A stretch of 60,957 bases of DNA, the filler included, from Sphacelaria rigidula (lineage: Eukaryota): the NCBI GenBank assembly GCA_964200075.2. It is 5 parts of 5 records of this genome, joined end to end, with 100 filler letters (N's around TTAATTAATTAA, not from the genome) between each part and the next. Parts side by side here need not be neighbours in the genome. Positions count along the whole stretch, not along the records: positions 48,847 to 60,957 come from CAXNAA020004119.1; 4 more parts are not named here. The stretch is one strand, 5' to 3'. Both the position numbers and the translations under genes were made by a program. Positions 49,239 to 60,957 of the stretch are shown here, piece by piece. Every line of letters begins with the position of its first letter. Position 1 is the first letter of the stretch. The notes beneath the pieces were generated by a model. That model saw nothing but the letters and a program-made list of their open reading frames with translations, searched no databases and had not been told where the DNA came from.

Positions 49239-52200
49239 TCAAGACTTCGTGCTGTCGATGGACTTCTTGATTTTTTCCGTAACCTTGTCTGTGACCTTGT
49301 ATTCCTTCTCAAGCTCGATTCCCTTCTCAATGGCTGTGTCGGCCAGTTCTCCCGCAACGCCCAAAGCCTGTAGAGATATCCGAGTGACGCCACACATTTC
49401 CCGCCCCCGACATTTGCCACGACACAGAGTAAACATAGTCAAGGTTTGGTGAAACAGCAGCAGCGACAACGATAAAACGACCGCACGAATTGTTGGAAAC
49501 ACCATCACAGGCGTGCTGCTGGGATATAGCTTTGGAGCAAGCAACAAATATATGTGTCTGTACCAGGGAAGGCACGTAATTTTCCGACACTTGGGATATT
49601 CGCTTTTCGAAAAAAAGAAGTAAACGAATATTCTTTTGCTCCACTTTTGTTATCAAGTGACCATGATATGAGCGGTGAATGCTCAATTCCTATCGACAAT
49701 AATTTGAAGAACGAACAACACATTTCATTGCTTGTTGTCGACAAATGTCGACATTTCACAAATTCCTCGGGTTAATTTTCGACCGAGGCTCGGCAGGATT
49801 TGCGCTGTTTCCGACAAAGGGAGAGGGGGCGCGCGCGGCGGGGGGGGCGGGGGGGGGACCAAAAGGAGGCAAAGGTAACCACGAGCTTACAGATGACGGC
49901 TTCCTGCATTTGACGAGAAGCTAGCTCATTGGACGCAATCAATTCATAATCCAGTGTATGACTCGAGCACGGAAAAAAGTCTGTCAAAAGCCCTGAAGAA
50001 AGAATTAATGTCCTCTACACACACATTTCACGAAACCGCTCAAGAGGGGCGTTGGCAGGGATCAAGACATGCTCTCCTGCACTGCACAGTATGCGAACGA
50101 TGCTAAACAATCAGGGTATTTCAGGGTCCTAATGAGCGTACCCAAACGCCAAGCTGCACGAAGATGTGCAGATACGAGAGACAGGAGAATTGTTGAGCGT
50201 AAGCGTTTTGTGACAAGATTGCAGGGGCAGGTCGGGTAGAGTATATCTTTCACTCGAGTATTTTTTCCAGAGTCGCATATCACCTGTCCAAGTCAGTCAA
50301 AATTATTAGGATCAGCATTAGAATAGGGAACAGCGACACTGGGTTGACTGCTGCGTCGTAACATGGGTCGGATCTCAACTCTTCAAAATACCAAGATATC
50401 AAAATGTCGGCCACCCGTTCACGTGAGGAAATCAAGATCACAATTTCTTGATTTTCCATATAGATAACATCGCTTCAGGAGGGAGGAGAGGGGGAAGGGC
50501 AGAGAGAATTCTGTACTAAACTCACTGGTGATTTCACCCTGAAATTTGCCCCCATGTTGTCGCATGAAAAAAAAAACTGTGGATCGAGTCAACTAGCGTT
50601 GGGTTGAAGATTGTTCGGGGTCGAATCTGCCCTGAACGTTCAATAGCTCGAGGCTCATAGATGTCGCTGGTGCTGGACCAGACACCCCGGTTAAAGTTCA
50701 AATATTTTTGCTCCTCCGAAACCCTCACTGCGGACTTGCGACACCTCATTCGTGACTCATATCCACACTACTTCCATGTTGCTGCTCCTCCATCACTACA
50801 CCATCTCGCAGGTCATCCTGATTTTCGTGAGTGCTGCACCGCGAAAGACGGTGATATCCTACCGTAGAATACTTGAACGACCAGTGGAACACAACACTGC
50901 GCTGCATCAATCATATGGTATTACACCCCACAAAGGGGGAGGCGTACTCATTTGTTGCTTGCCTTAGTCGTTCGACCATTGACCATGCATCCCTTTCGAG
51001 ACGGAGCAAGCAACACCCCACGAAGGGGAGGGGGAAAAAACAAAATCATGTCAACCATGAATGAACTTTGGTCGACAAGAACGGGAACTAAGGAATAACG
51101 GATTTCGTCGACACCCTGGGTATACATGACACTGTCCAAAAAGTGTACTGCGTACAGTATCGACTATTGCGCCTATTGCGAAAGACAAAAGATTCTATAC
51201 TATACGCGGTACACTTTTCGACAATGTAATGCATGTTGTTCGGGGTGTGATTTCGTCCGAAAGCTGAAAACACCCACCATATTTTCACGTGACACGTGTA
51301 CACACAGACGTGACAACCCTCTACTTTCTCGGGTGAAACTGGGCACCGTAACCGCTGCGCTCGTGCTGTCGTCGTTGACGTCGAACTACAAGTTGGCGTA
51401 CGTACAGCGGCATGCAGCACACACAACTTAAACCTGAGAAAAATATAGCGGGTTCTCGCTGGGACAACGCAAGCCGTCATAGCAACCTGCCCCATGCTGG
51501 GAGGAACCCCTTCGCAGAAGCTACTTGGGGAGTCGAGGTTGAGCGACGCAAGGGGCGTCACGGACGGTGCTTTTCAAACACACGCACACAGGGAATGAAG
51601 ACACACTCCCGACTTGCGGGGGGGAAATTGCACGTACCTGCTTCGCCTTCGCAGGAATGTCGTACTCGCTAGAAAGCTTGCTCGCTTGGCTAGCGAGGTC
51701 CTTGATGGTGGTCTTTGCCTTATCGATCGCCTCGCCCGATCCACTGCTATCCTTCAGCTTGTCAACCGCGGAGTCAAGCGACGTCGTCGCCTTGCCTGCG
51801 CCCACACAGCATCCACACCGACCGGTCACCCACACCCGGCAGTATCGAGCACAAATCGTCAAGGACGGTCCGAGAAGCAAAATGGCGTACTAGTACAGCA
51901 AGGAAGATCGATCAATCAACCAATACAGCCAGGACTGCGCAGATTTCGGGCTTCTTGCCATATGCATACCCGGAGATTCGGGTGCATCGTACAATTGAAT
52001 CACCACGAGCTGGGCCAGCCTAAACACGGATTTTAGCTCACACAGCAATATCTCAACGACGCAGACGAATTGAGTCGTAATCCTTTGTAACTTCTTGATT
52101 GTCCAACCAAGGGAAAGATGCCCATCGGCTCAAAATCCTGGGCCAATTTTTTCTCGATTATTACACGTCATGTCGAGTACAATATTTACTAGCCCGAACG

Positions 52201-55200
52201 GAGATATGGTCCATACTGAGGTTTAGAAGAAACGCCGAACGATATGTACCGCGCATCATGATGACTCTTGGTGTCTATACTTCATAAAGCACCGAGACAC
52301 GATTGATATCATCACGTTTACCTAATTCGTTATCGTTCCACAGATACGGCGCACATAATTTTCCACACAAAACTCTTGTTCTTCTGTGCGCCAATAAAAA
52401 AAGTTTCCAAACAGAAAATATTGCTACATGCGACATGAAAGCAATTTCGGGACAGTTTCACTCTTTTGGACGGCATTCTCCCCTAAATGAGTTGAAAAAT
52501 CGAAAATGAGTAGCGTCACATGTGTTTTCTAATGTGCGTATGTGCCTGATATGTCAGTTTGAAGCTCGCGAAAACCATAACAAAGCAAATGGGGTATCAA
52601 CCCTTCTGGAACCCATGGACATTTTTTGTTTTTGCGAATCAGCATCATTTTCAGTCATTCTCAAGTCAAAATGATGCCCATTCAGAAAAGCAGAAATCGT
52701 CAAAAGGTTTCAAAAGGGTTTAGAGCACGGGCCGGTACATCGAGCCGACTCTGCATCAAGCCGTGGCCCTGTGATGTGAGCGTTTTCACTAAACTACGGT
52801 GTACAAGCGCTTGCTCATCGTGCGACTCGTGACGTGCGTGCGATTGTACGAATACGGGGCGCGCGCGGGGGGGGGGAGGGGGGGGATAACGCGGTTTAAA
52901 ATCCTGAAATCGAAAATAACACGCCGGAATGTGGTGCAGATGGTATCATTCTTCCTTTGCTGATGGACCCGCAGCTCGCAGCGCAAGTAGGTACGGCCAC
53001 GGTGCTGCATTCGTTTTGTTTTCAGCATCAAGCGAACGTGTTCGAGTTAGTGTATTCGTCCTACTCGAACGTGGTCGATCGCAACAACATATCAGGTAAT
53101 AATACCTCTTCATGTTTCTTACGCACGCAGACTTAGCGTGAACTCACCGGTGACGTCGTACTTAGCGTTGAGGTTCGTCCAGAAGTTGAGGGCCTCGATG
53201 GCGGTCTTCCCCACAGCACGAACGGCATCCCCTGCTTCGTTCTGTTGCTTAGATCCATAATTAGCCGCCACAGCGAGTACTGCTGCGAGGAATGGCCCTC
53301 CCACGATGAAACCTTGGGTGTACACGTAGTTCATCGAGCCACACCCGGGAAACCAACGAAAATTCTCAAGCTTGTTGACAACCAGTTGATAGAATGATAG
53401 CTCAGATGCAAAGGTTAGCTTTTCCTACGAATGAGGACTGTCACTTTGCTTCAGAGTAAAAACGTCACGCTGCCCTGGGAGTAAGGCGCACTTTAGTCAC
53501 TTCTTCACTCCGACACCCTTCGGTGATCACCACCTGACAGACCCCCGTCACAGCTTCAGGTAGTGCCGGACAAAACCATCAGACACATGTATTCATCAGG
53601 AAAATCTGATCGATATACGTAGGAGAGAGAGAGGGTATACGACAGAGAGTGTGTGTGTATGTCTGTTCGAGCTTGTTTCGCAGCATTCCCGCGTCACGGT
53701 CGAAGTCCGTCTTTATCCCAGGTGCCCGTGCCAGCCCTTCATACCCACATTTCCCATATACTCCAGTTCCAGTTTATCTAGATACTTGCTGAACCCAGCT
53801 TCGGTTTTCTCCTGAAGCCTCTTACGCGTTGGTCACAAGATACGCCACGTGGCACTGCCTCTCGGCACCACTCGCCAACTCTCCACCTAATTCCACGCCT
53901 CCCTCAACTCAGCGAGGATCGCATCATCCTCAAACCGCCCTTCGACACGGTGCTGTCAGGCCAGACAGATCATCACCAACCATCTCGGTGTAGCTCAGGA
54001 GTTTGTCGGCGAAGTTTTGAGACGATTCACGTACAGTTTCTCCCGGGCTGTGGTGATCGAGCTTGCTCGTCCGACATCGACAGACGAGAAGGCTTCAAGT
54101 AGCGTATCATCCTCGAGTGAGCTAGATCACTACAGCCCCCGAGAAATTGTCGATAAATTGGATCCTAACTTCGTCGACATGCTCATGAGATCCGGACTGG
54201 TGATGCCGTGATCGACCAACCCGCGCTGACGTGTACAAAGGTGGTGCGAGGATAATGCGATCCTCGGCAACTTCAAGGCCTGGAATGATCGGCATAAGGC
54301 GAGGTTAGCGATACAAGTGATGCCGAGAGGTAGTTCCGCGGCGATCTTGCGAGCAGTATGTAGGTTGCGGGGGGATATCCAAGCTGACTTTCGACAAGTG
54401 CCTGGATGAAACGAAGGGGAACACATCAGAATTGGGTAAATGACAGGCTGGTACGAGCGTCTGACAGGAGGATGGGCACTGGCGGGGGGATATTAGACAG
54501 CGAGCAGTATTTCAAGGACGAGGACGGGAAAAGTGCTGAGGCAAAACGGCTTAACCTGGTGACGGTTTTAGCGCCCGCGGCTTGCCGCGAGCCTTGACAG
54601 TCTCGTGGAGGATGGCGATGTTGTAGATGAGGAAGGCCTAGCGGAGCGCCCGGGCGCTAAAAAGATTCCGCGTTCCTTTCATTTTCACCCGTAGCATCGC
54701 AGCAGGTTACGAACATGGGTGAGTATCCAGGGTGGGATATTTTTGCAGTCCAGCGTGTGCTGCGCAACGCTCACAGCGAGCAGGATCGCTGTCCACTGTA
54801 CACCTTCTTGCTCTGGTTGAATCGTCATTCGCCAATGATGCTCGTAACGGCGGAGCTGCAAACGCGATCAACAAAGCAACTACTGGTGGCGTAAAAACAT
54901 GTCCAGGAGAGGGCGCGAGCTGTGCATATGCGTGGCAATGCCTCGAGGGTCCGGGCTCCTCAGTTACATGGAGGCGTTGCATATTCCGCCACAACAACGC
55001 TTCCGGAACACTTGCAGAGGAATGATGAAAGAGGGTCTGCTGGCTCATGGGCACCAAAGGAGCTTGAGGTGGTAACGATTTCTCTCCGATTTGAGGGTTA
55101 GGGTTACGATGAGGGTTAGGGTTAATGTTGGCAATTGAACCTCCATCAAAAATACATCCGCCACGGCGGTACACCATGACATTTGGAGACCCGTCAGTCC

Positions 55201-57567
55201 TGAATGAAACCGGAGAGGTTATGAGAGCTATGGCTAACAGGTAACGCGAGGAGATCGTATGTGCTAAACGCTTAACTTCCCAAGCTCGGATTGGTTATGG
55301 ATTCTACGAAGATTAGGAATTACTTCGAAAGCATAATGGTTGCTGTTTAAACGTCTGGGGAGGTACCGCGAGAGTGGGAAGACGCCAGGATCACAGTACT
55401 GCAGTAGTCAACTCTCACGATGGTTCATTCTTCTGGTTTTTTCGTTAGGTCGGAGTATGGGGCACAAACCCCGGAAGATAAAATTCTACACTTCTCCATC
55501 CCGAGGAGCAGCTTATTTTCCGCCCTCGAAAACATGGGGACGTGGAGTAAAACGTGCGAGGTAAGTCGACGCGGTGCCGGAGGGTTGATCCAATCCACGA
55601 TAGCAGCACGACGGATATACCGGTAAAAGTGGGTATATCCGGTGAGACAACAAACTCGTCCCGACGAAGGGGAGGAGTTGCACGTGTGAACAAAAAAGTG
55701 GCGCATTGATGAAACGGGCCAACACGGCACTGTCGCTGTCGAAAAAACTTGCGGTTGTAATAACCATCAGGCGGGGTGCACTCAAGGAACTGTCACCGTT
55801 CTACTAAAAAAGCACCGGGAGTAGAAGGGAAACGTTCTCAGTACAGCCAAGTGCAAACTCGTGGACGTGATATATTGTCCCGCAACCTCCTGCTCACGAA
55901 CTTGCTCGAGGTTTGTGACTACGGCGTGCATATCGTCGCGTGTGTCGAATGATCCAAAGGAAAAGTGAAGAGCGGAACTGCATGGTGCAGAACACTAAAT
56001 CTCCACCTCGCAGGGCGTGTTTTGTCGAGATAAAAAAGACGTGTTTGCGTCATAGGTTGGCAGGCAACCAACACGTTTGAGTCTTACCGAAAACGTGTGT
56101 ATTTGTGTTCTGTAGGGTATACCAGAAAGTGGGTGATTTTCGGTTGGCACACTAAAATATACTGCAATGTGTAGCAAACTTTCGGGTATGTTTCGGCACG
56201 GTATCGAACCTTGCTCCGGGCACTCCGGAATGATCCTGAAGGGTATTTCTCGATAAAACACCTATTTTTTACTCCCGTGAATACCCGAGTTTCAGTCGGT
56301 ACAACGTACAAAACACAACCAAATAGACACGTCCTTGTGACCCGATCCAAGCGACACACATGCGAGCAAGTCAACAGGTTAACAGGTTTAAACATGCGGC
56401 GTTTCTTGGAGCGGTCGCTAGTTCAGTATTTCTGTACCGTTACAAAAAGGACGCGATGAGGAAGGACACACCGCGTCTACACACGAAAAACCTCAAAAAT
56501 ATGCACACACCCATCACAAACACGCGTTAGCTCCGGGCGGTAGCCCTCACCTATGAACACAAGAAAACCTTTGTTTTGCTGGAACCCTTCAAGCAGTGCT
56601 TGTCACTTTACAACCGAAAACCTGCCGTTGCTGACTATTCGCGTGGGTCACTTGGCGCGCGTCCGACACATTTGTCTTTCTCTTTTCAAACAAGTGTGAC
56701 TAAAGCCTAGCGAAACACGATTAGCTGTGATCGATAGTTACGGCTCGAGTTGCACGGTTTTGCTCAGCCATGGACATCGGGGCTCTCAAATTCGTGTGAG
56801 GCTTTCGAGGGTTTGGGTTACGCGTTCGAAAGTGCCGGCGCGGGTGCCACGTTCATGTTTCCAAATCGGTTTGCGCGACAAATATCTCATATACCTTATC
56901 GGGCGCTGTCATCACACTGATTAATCATAGGGTGGTCTTTACCCACCGCGTCAAAGAAAACGAGTTTTGTGTCGCGCAAGATGCCGTCGTGCCAAAACAG
57001 GAAAGGGGTGGTAACGGCCGTAGATTCGGAACAGTTTGCATTAGGCGATCAAACTGATCGCAGGCTTTCACCATGTGGCGCGCGAAATGGTTGCTGGATC
57101 ATGCACTCAAAGATTCTGGAGTTTGTCAGAAAGCTTTCGTGCCTGCACACTACTGTTGAACTGAATGTCGAGCTCTGGATGATGGCAACAAATCGAAAAT
57201 AACGTCGATCACCACAACATTTTCACGATCCACCGCCCCGCACCCCTTACCGCGCTCATCTCATGCGTCAGCTCCCAAGCACCCCACAGCAAATCGACTT
57301 TTCACTTGCGAGGCAACCGCATGGACACCTAATCGAACAAAAGCAGTGCCGTTCGTCTCCTGAGCTAGCTAGTACAGGGTGCCTGCATTCTGAAATGTAC
57401 CCTTGCGTCTCTCACCAGCAATGCCGCCCACGACGCCCGCGCTAAACTCGGTGTTCTCTGTGTTCACCACCACCATCTCCGCCTTGTTCGGCGGAGGAGT
57501 TGATGCATTCGGTGTAGGTGGTGCAGACACCTTTGGCTCTTCTGTCGCCACCATGCGCGGCGTCACC
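49239..57567 (-). CDS. Hypothetical membrane-anchored, Lys/Ala-rich helical protein; exons 57567-57416, 53312-53148, 51795-51638, 49367-49239; first exon unresolved
   Basis: GT-AG introns of phase 1, 1 and 0 give a continuous frame: VTPRMVATEEP...AGVVGGIA|GFIVGGPFLAAVLAVAANYGSKQQNEAGDAVRAVGK...KYDVT|GKATTS...AKAKQ|ALGVAGEL...IDSTKS*. A Gly-zipper-like hydrophobic segment is followed by amphipathic helices. Confidence 0.85.
50941..51012 (-). repeat. ~70-nt dispersed structured repeat, copy 3, flanked by ~18-bp direct repeats
   Basis: Reverse complement of copies 1 and 2. Flanks are ACACCCCACAAAGGGGGAG (50923-50941) and ACACCCCACGAAGGGGAG (51013-51030). Confidence 0.85.
51110..51250. repeat. 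Intronic fold-back / small MITE
   Basis: AAAAGTGTACTGCGTACAGTAT (51139-51160) pairs with ATACTATACGCGGTACACTTTT (51197-51218). Looser pairing extends outward. Confidence 0.75.
52005..52370 (-). mobile_element. Inverted partial copy of the 10221-11438 TIR element
   Basis: Starts ACGAGCTGGGCCAGCCTAAA. Colinear with the reverse complement of ~11080-11437 (e.g. GCCCATC.GCTCAAAA..CTGGGCCAATTTTT and ACCTAATTCGTTATC). Confidence 0.8.
53685..54010 (-). mobile_element. RTE-like LINE relic (endonuclease-RT linker region)
   Basis: Broken frame KRLQEKTEAGFSKYLDKLE...KGWHGHL...DAGMLRNKLE resembles RTE ORF linkers. Confidence 0.4.
55092..55125 (-). repeat. Interstitial telomere-like (TTAGGG)n
   Basis: TGAGGGTTAGGGTTACGATGAGGGTTAGGGTTAA. 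Confidence 0.75.
55180..55405 (+). mobile_element. RTE-like LINE relic (start of RT)
   Basis: EVMRAMAN...YFESIMVAV*TSGEVPREWEDARITVL matches the 'vP.eW.dA.i.vl' motif at the start of LINE RT. Confidence 0.7.
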
Positions 57568-58051
57568 CTGCTCTCCCGTACACCAACGAGGACGCCAGGA
57601 GAACAAGAAGTGAAAAGACGTTACCATCACCATGCCCGCCCAGCCGGTCCCCGCCCCCGGCAGATTGAGTCAGGCCGCATGTGCGCGCGTGTGCCCCAAA
57701 TGTTTCGTGTTGGGACAGGATTTGGCCAGTGCAAAAATGCGACAGTCGATCGCAGCACATGCATGTAGCAAAGCAGCACCGGAGGAACGAGACCAGACGA
57801 CAGCGAAAGCAGCAGTTGGGTGGGTCGTGTGAGGCAAATGAAAAGGCATCACCTGTGGCGAAAAAACTTGGGGTGTCTTCTCTTGGAATCTCGTCTCGGT
57901 GGTATACTGACATGGGAGCTCTGGAGATGGTCATGCACGTGCGAGACCAGACCCCGATTGCTGCTCCCGGAGCTTGACAAATTGAATATATCCGTCTGTT
58001 ATCTCAATCTGTTGCTCGGAAGTGCTATTGCCTGACTGTGTGCAATGAAAG

Positions 58052-59068
58052 TCAGACGGTACCAGCCAACACTCGAGGCAACTGACGGTGCAACTTTTGC
58101 CTCATGCGCTGTGAAGAAGGCACGATCAGTGCACCCCTCGAACGATAAATGTACAGCAGTACGGTCAAACAGGAAAAGAAGATGACGCTATCTTCACCTC
58201 CCCTCGTGCGAGTCCCTTCTCGAAATTCACGACACATGAAAAACGACGACGTGCACTTAGAAATAAAATACAGTCGTTTTATGAACGAATACCCATCCCA
58301 CTTCGTTGAACAAAGCATACACAACAGGAGCCCGCATAGTAAAGACAGTATAATACTGCAGTACAGATAATCCGGCCGCGGACCCCACCTCCATCTGTTC
58401 TTCCAGCGTAGACTGAAAGAAAAGAGCCATTGCTTCCGCACAAGTACTTGCGACAACACACATCCCGAGGGAAAGAAAGCAAAGAGCAGTCACCCCCCCC
58501 CCCCCCCCCCCCGCTTCCCCCCGTTTTTTCGCTCATACATCCACCAATCGAAGCAAATCATGTCATGTAGGCCTCGTTCATATTCACACACATCTCTGGG
58601 GTTGAGGGAGACAGCAACAGGAACGCTGTAAACTCACCATGACTGTACTGAGCGAGTCTGCTGAGCACGTCGTGAGGTCCCTCGCATAATGGCACTCGGT
58701 CCCGTAAATGATCGCGACCCCACGATGCACGCCGCCATGACCACCCCCGTCAGCATGCATGACTTCACCATCGTTCAAGTCCGTGGAGTAGCTCTCTCGT
58801 CTACGTGAGTTGGGAGGCAGTTATGCTACTACCAAGTATCAATCGTTCGTGTACCGAATTCGATCGTGGGCAACAGGGGAAAAACTGTGTGCTTTTCGGG
58901 AGGCGTTCTCACATGTGCGATGCTCCCGGAGTTGAAGTGTCATTTTCCAATATCTTTCGGTCAACTCTTGTGCTCTTTTGCAACGCTCCCCTTGATTTTT
59001 CGACTGATTTGATCTGGGATCACGGTAGTACTTGAGAGCAGAGTGAGCAGCTTGCATCCTGTCCCGTA
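58052..59068 (-). CDS. Possible small spliced gene; exons 59068-59032, 58800-58638, 58412-58389, 58108-58052
   Basis: Phase-compatible chain RDRMQAAHSALK|RESYSTDL...SLSTVM|STLEEQME|RMRQKLHRQLPRVLAGTV*. No recognisable domain. Confidence 0.35.
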
Positions 59069-60446
59069 CTATTTATCGCACGTTGCTCACAGTAGGTAGG
59101 TGCAGGTGCCGTTGGGGTGCACTGTACAGTACGTGCAGACCGGAAACAGACTCGATCCCCTTCCTGTACTGTACTATCTGCTGTAGCTCTTCGCTCTTCC
59201 ATCATCTATTTCACTCGATATAGAAGACGAGTGCGAACTGGATCGTGTTTCTGACGACTTTCTTCAGTGCGCGTCCAAAGATATCTATATGATGGGGAGC
59301 AGTACGATGCGGAGATAAAATGCATGGATAGAACTGCAGAGGGCAATTTGGTGGTGAATTTTCGGTTCTCAGCAACGACTGTCTACATATAGTGTTATTA
59401 CATATGTGTGTATGATACGCCATCGCACTCTTCGGTGTTGGGGCTGACTCTCCCCAACCGATCTTGATCTCATCAGATGAAAGAAACGACGGACTGCACC
59501 GTCGAGCAAAAACACCAAAACCCATCATTTTGTTATGTTGTATGTAGTATGCGCCAAACAAGGGACTTGTCAACTGACCTCAACTTCGCCCCATTCGTAT
59601 CATATTCTTGTTGGGGAAACCCAGATAGACTGCCGTGCTGGGCCGGCTTGATGATCACTATGCGCTCGAGAGCGAGTGCTACAATCCTCTGGGATCAGCA
59701 AAATGGTTACGAACGGCACACGCCGGTACAACAGCGTAGGACCCTGCTTTGATCGCTGCGGCCATTCCCCGCTTTCCAGGATCAGGGTTAGGTACAAGAG
59801 TAGCAACACCATCAGAGTCGCCCCTCCCCCCGACCCTCTCCCCCCCCCCTGCCCCCACCCCGCCCACCTATGTACACCCCCACACGCTATTTGTTGTATA
59901 AGGCTAAAAGTGTTGCAATTTATTCATGTGGGCAAACCACAAACGCGCGAACTCTACAAGGAACACCTGGAAGACCAGTTAATTGCAACCGGCAAAAATG
60001 AGTGGCGAGGAAAAAAGAAAGGCCGCTTGTGCTTCGCGTTCGCACCTAATTACAGCGAAAAAATACCAACTGCCGTGTGCACACTTTTACCTACTTGCCC
60101 ACCATGAAATATATGCGCCAGGTATACTCGCCCGTTTTAATCGCCACATATACAAAGGACCACGTTGGGTACACCAACAAACGCTTTTCCCCTAATACGA
60201 TTGGGGAAATCTCGGCGTAAACCGTCACCAACAGGAGTTGGCCAGTCACCTCTCCTCAGACTAGCAAGTCGCCCCCCGAACACTATCTCACCGACATGAG
60301 AGACATCATCAACCACAGACCGTGCCTACGATGCACGCGCGCAACACATTAGCTAAAAGGCAGCTCCACACATTTTTTCGCCGCAAACAATATTTTCCAC
60401 AATAACAAGTTTTGATACTCTTGTTTTTTTACACGAGCAACCTCCA

Positions 60447-60773
60447 TCAATCGCTGTCCTGCGAGGTGGACTCATCCCCCGCCCTTCCGCCACGAGACAC
60501 GCTGTCGCTAGCTCCTGCTGCCTGCTCCTTTCCGAAGTCGAAGATTGCGGGCGGAATGCCCGGAAGTATTGAATCGCCCACATTATCACCGGGCAGGATC
60601 GACTTGGCGTCGTAGCCCCTGGCTCCTGAGCCTTCGCTCGCGGGAAAGTGGACGCCGGGAAGTTGGGGCTCGAACGAACCAATGCCATCCTTCGACATGG
60701 TAACGCGCCTGACGGGAGTCCCTCTTTTGGCCATGTATTCTTCGAGGTTGCGTCCAAATTCCGGGAAGTCCAG
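60447..60773 (-). CDS. Terminal exon of a gene running off the window; unknown product
   Basis: CAG acceptor at 60776-60774, then 108 sense codons LDFPEFGRNLEEYMAKRGTPVRRV...STSQDSD and a TGA. Coding-like composition. Confidence 0.6.
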   Translation of the reverse strand: MDFPEFGRNLEEYMAKRGTPVRRVTMSKDGIGSFEPQLPGVHFPASEGSGARGYDAKSILPGDNVGDSILPGIPPAIFDFGKEQAAGASDSVSRGGRAGDESTSQDSD

Positions 60774-60957
60774 CTGTTGTGTATGATGTTTGTGTTCGTG
60801 TTTGTGTTGTGTTGTTTTGTGTTGTTTTGTTTTCGTGTATTTTGGTGGGCCGGAGGACGCCATATTTGTGTCCATGACCGAACACACGTGCGCGCGCGTG
60901 GGAGGGAGGAGGGGGGGGGGGCTGATGAGAGCTGATCAAGTGCCGATAGGCTCGTTC

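Overview
Eukaryotic, intron-rich, transposon-laden DNA, most likely from a brown alga (Phaeophyceae; inferred from gene structure and TE types, not proven). It is not one locus. Four identical 100-nt linkers (N44-TTAATTAATTAA-N44) join five pieces of 12112, 12112, 12111, 12111 and 12111 nt, which look like unrelated length-sorted contigs. Piece 1 (1-12112): a 2-kb terminal-inverted-repeat (TIR) element with an internal higher-order minisatellite, the 5' part of a RanBP2-zinc-finger/RRM (RBM5/10-like) gene, and a 1.2-kb non-autonomous TIR element. Piece 2 (12213-24324): a calcineurin-A-like PPP phosphatase gene with at least 17 exons, an unusual Cys-rich N-terminal extension and one GC-AG intron. 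Piece 3 (24425-36535): a decayed ORF, a tRNA-derived SINE, telomere-like repeats, a minisatellite, a truncated LINE and a decayed Copia element with an internal ~400-bp inverted duplication. Piece 4 (36636-48746): mostly decayed TE material, SINEs, MITEs and a fold-back. Piece 5 (48847-60957): a spliced gene for a membrane-anchored helical protein with LINE relics in its long intron, plus fragments of other minus-strand genes. No CRISPR array, rRNA or intact tRNA was found. The best candidates for novelty are the zinc-finger-fused calcineurin-like phosphatase, a dispersed ~70-nt structured repeat, and the minisatellite-bearing TIR element. Exon models were built by hand from splice consensus and phase.
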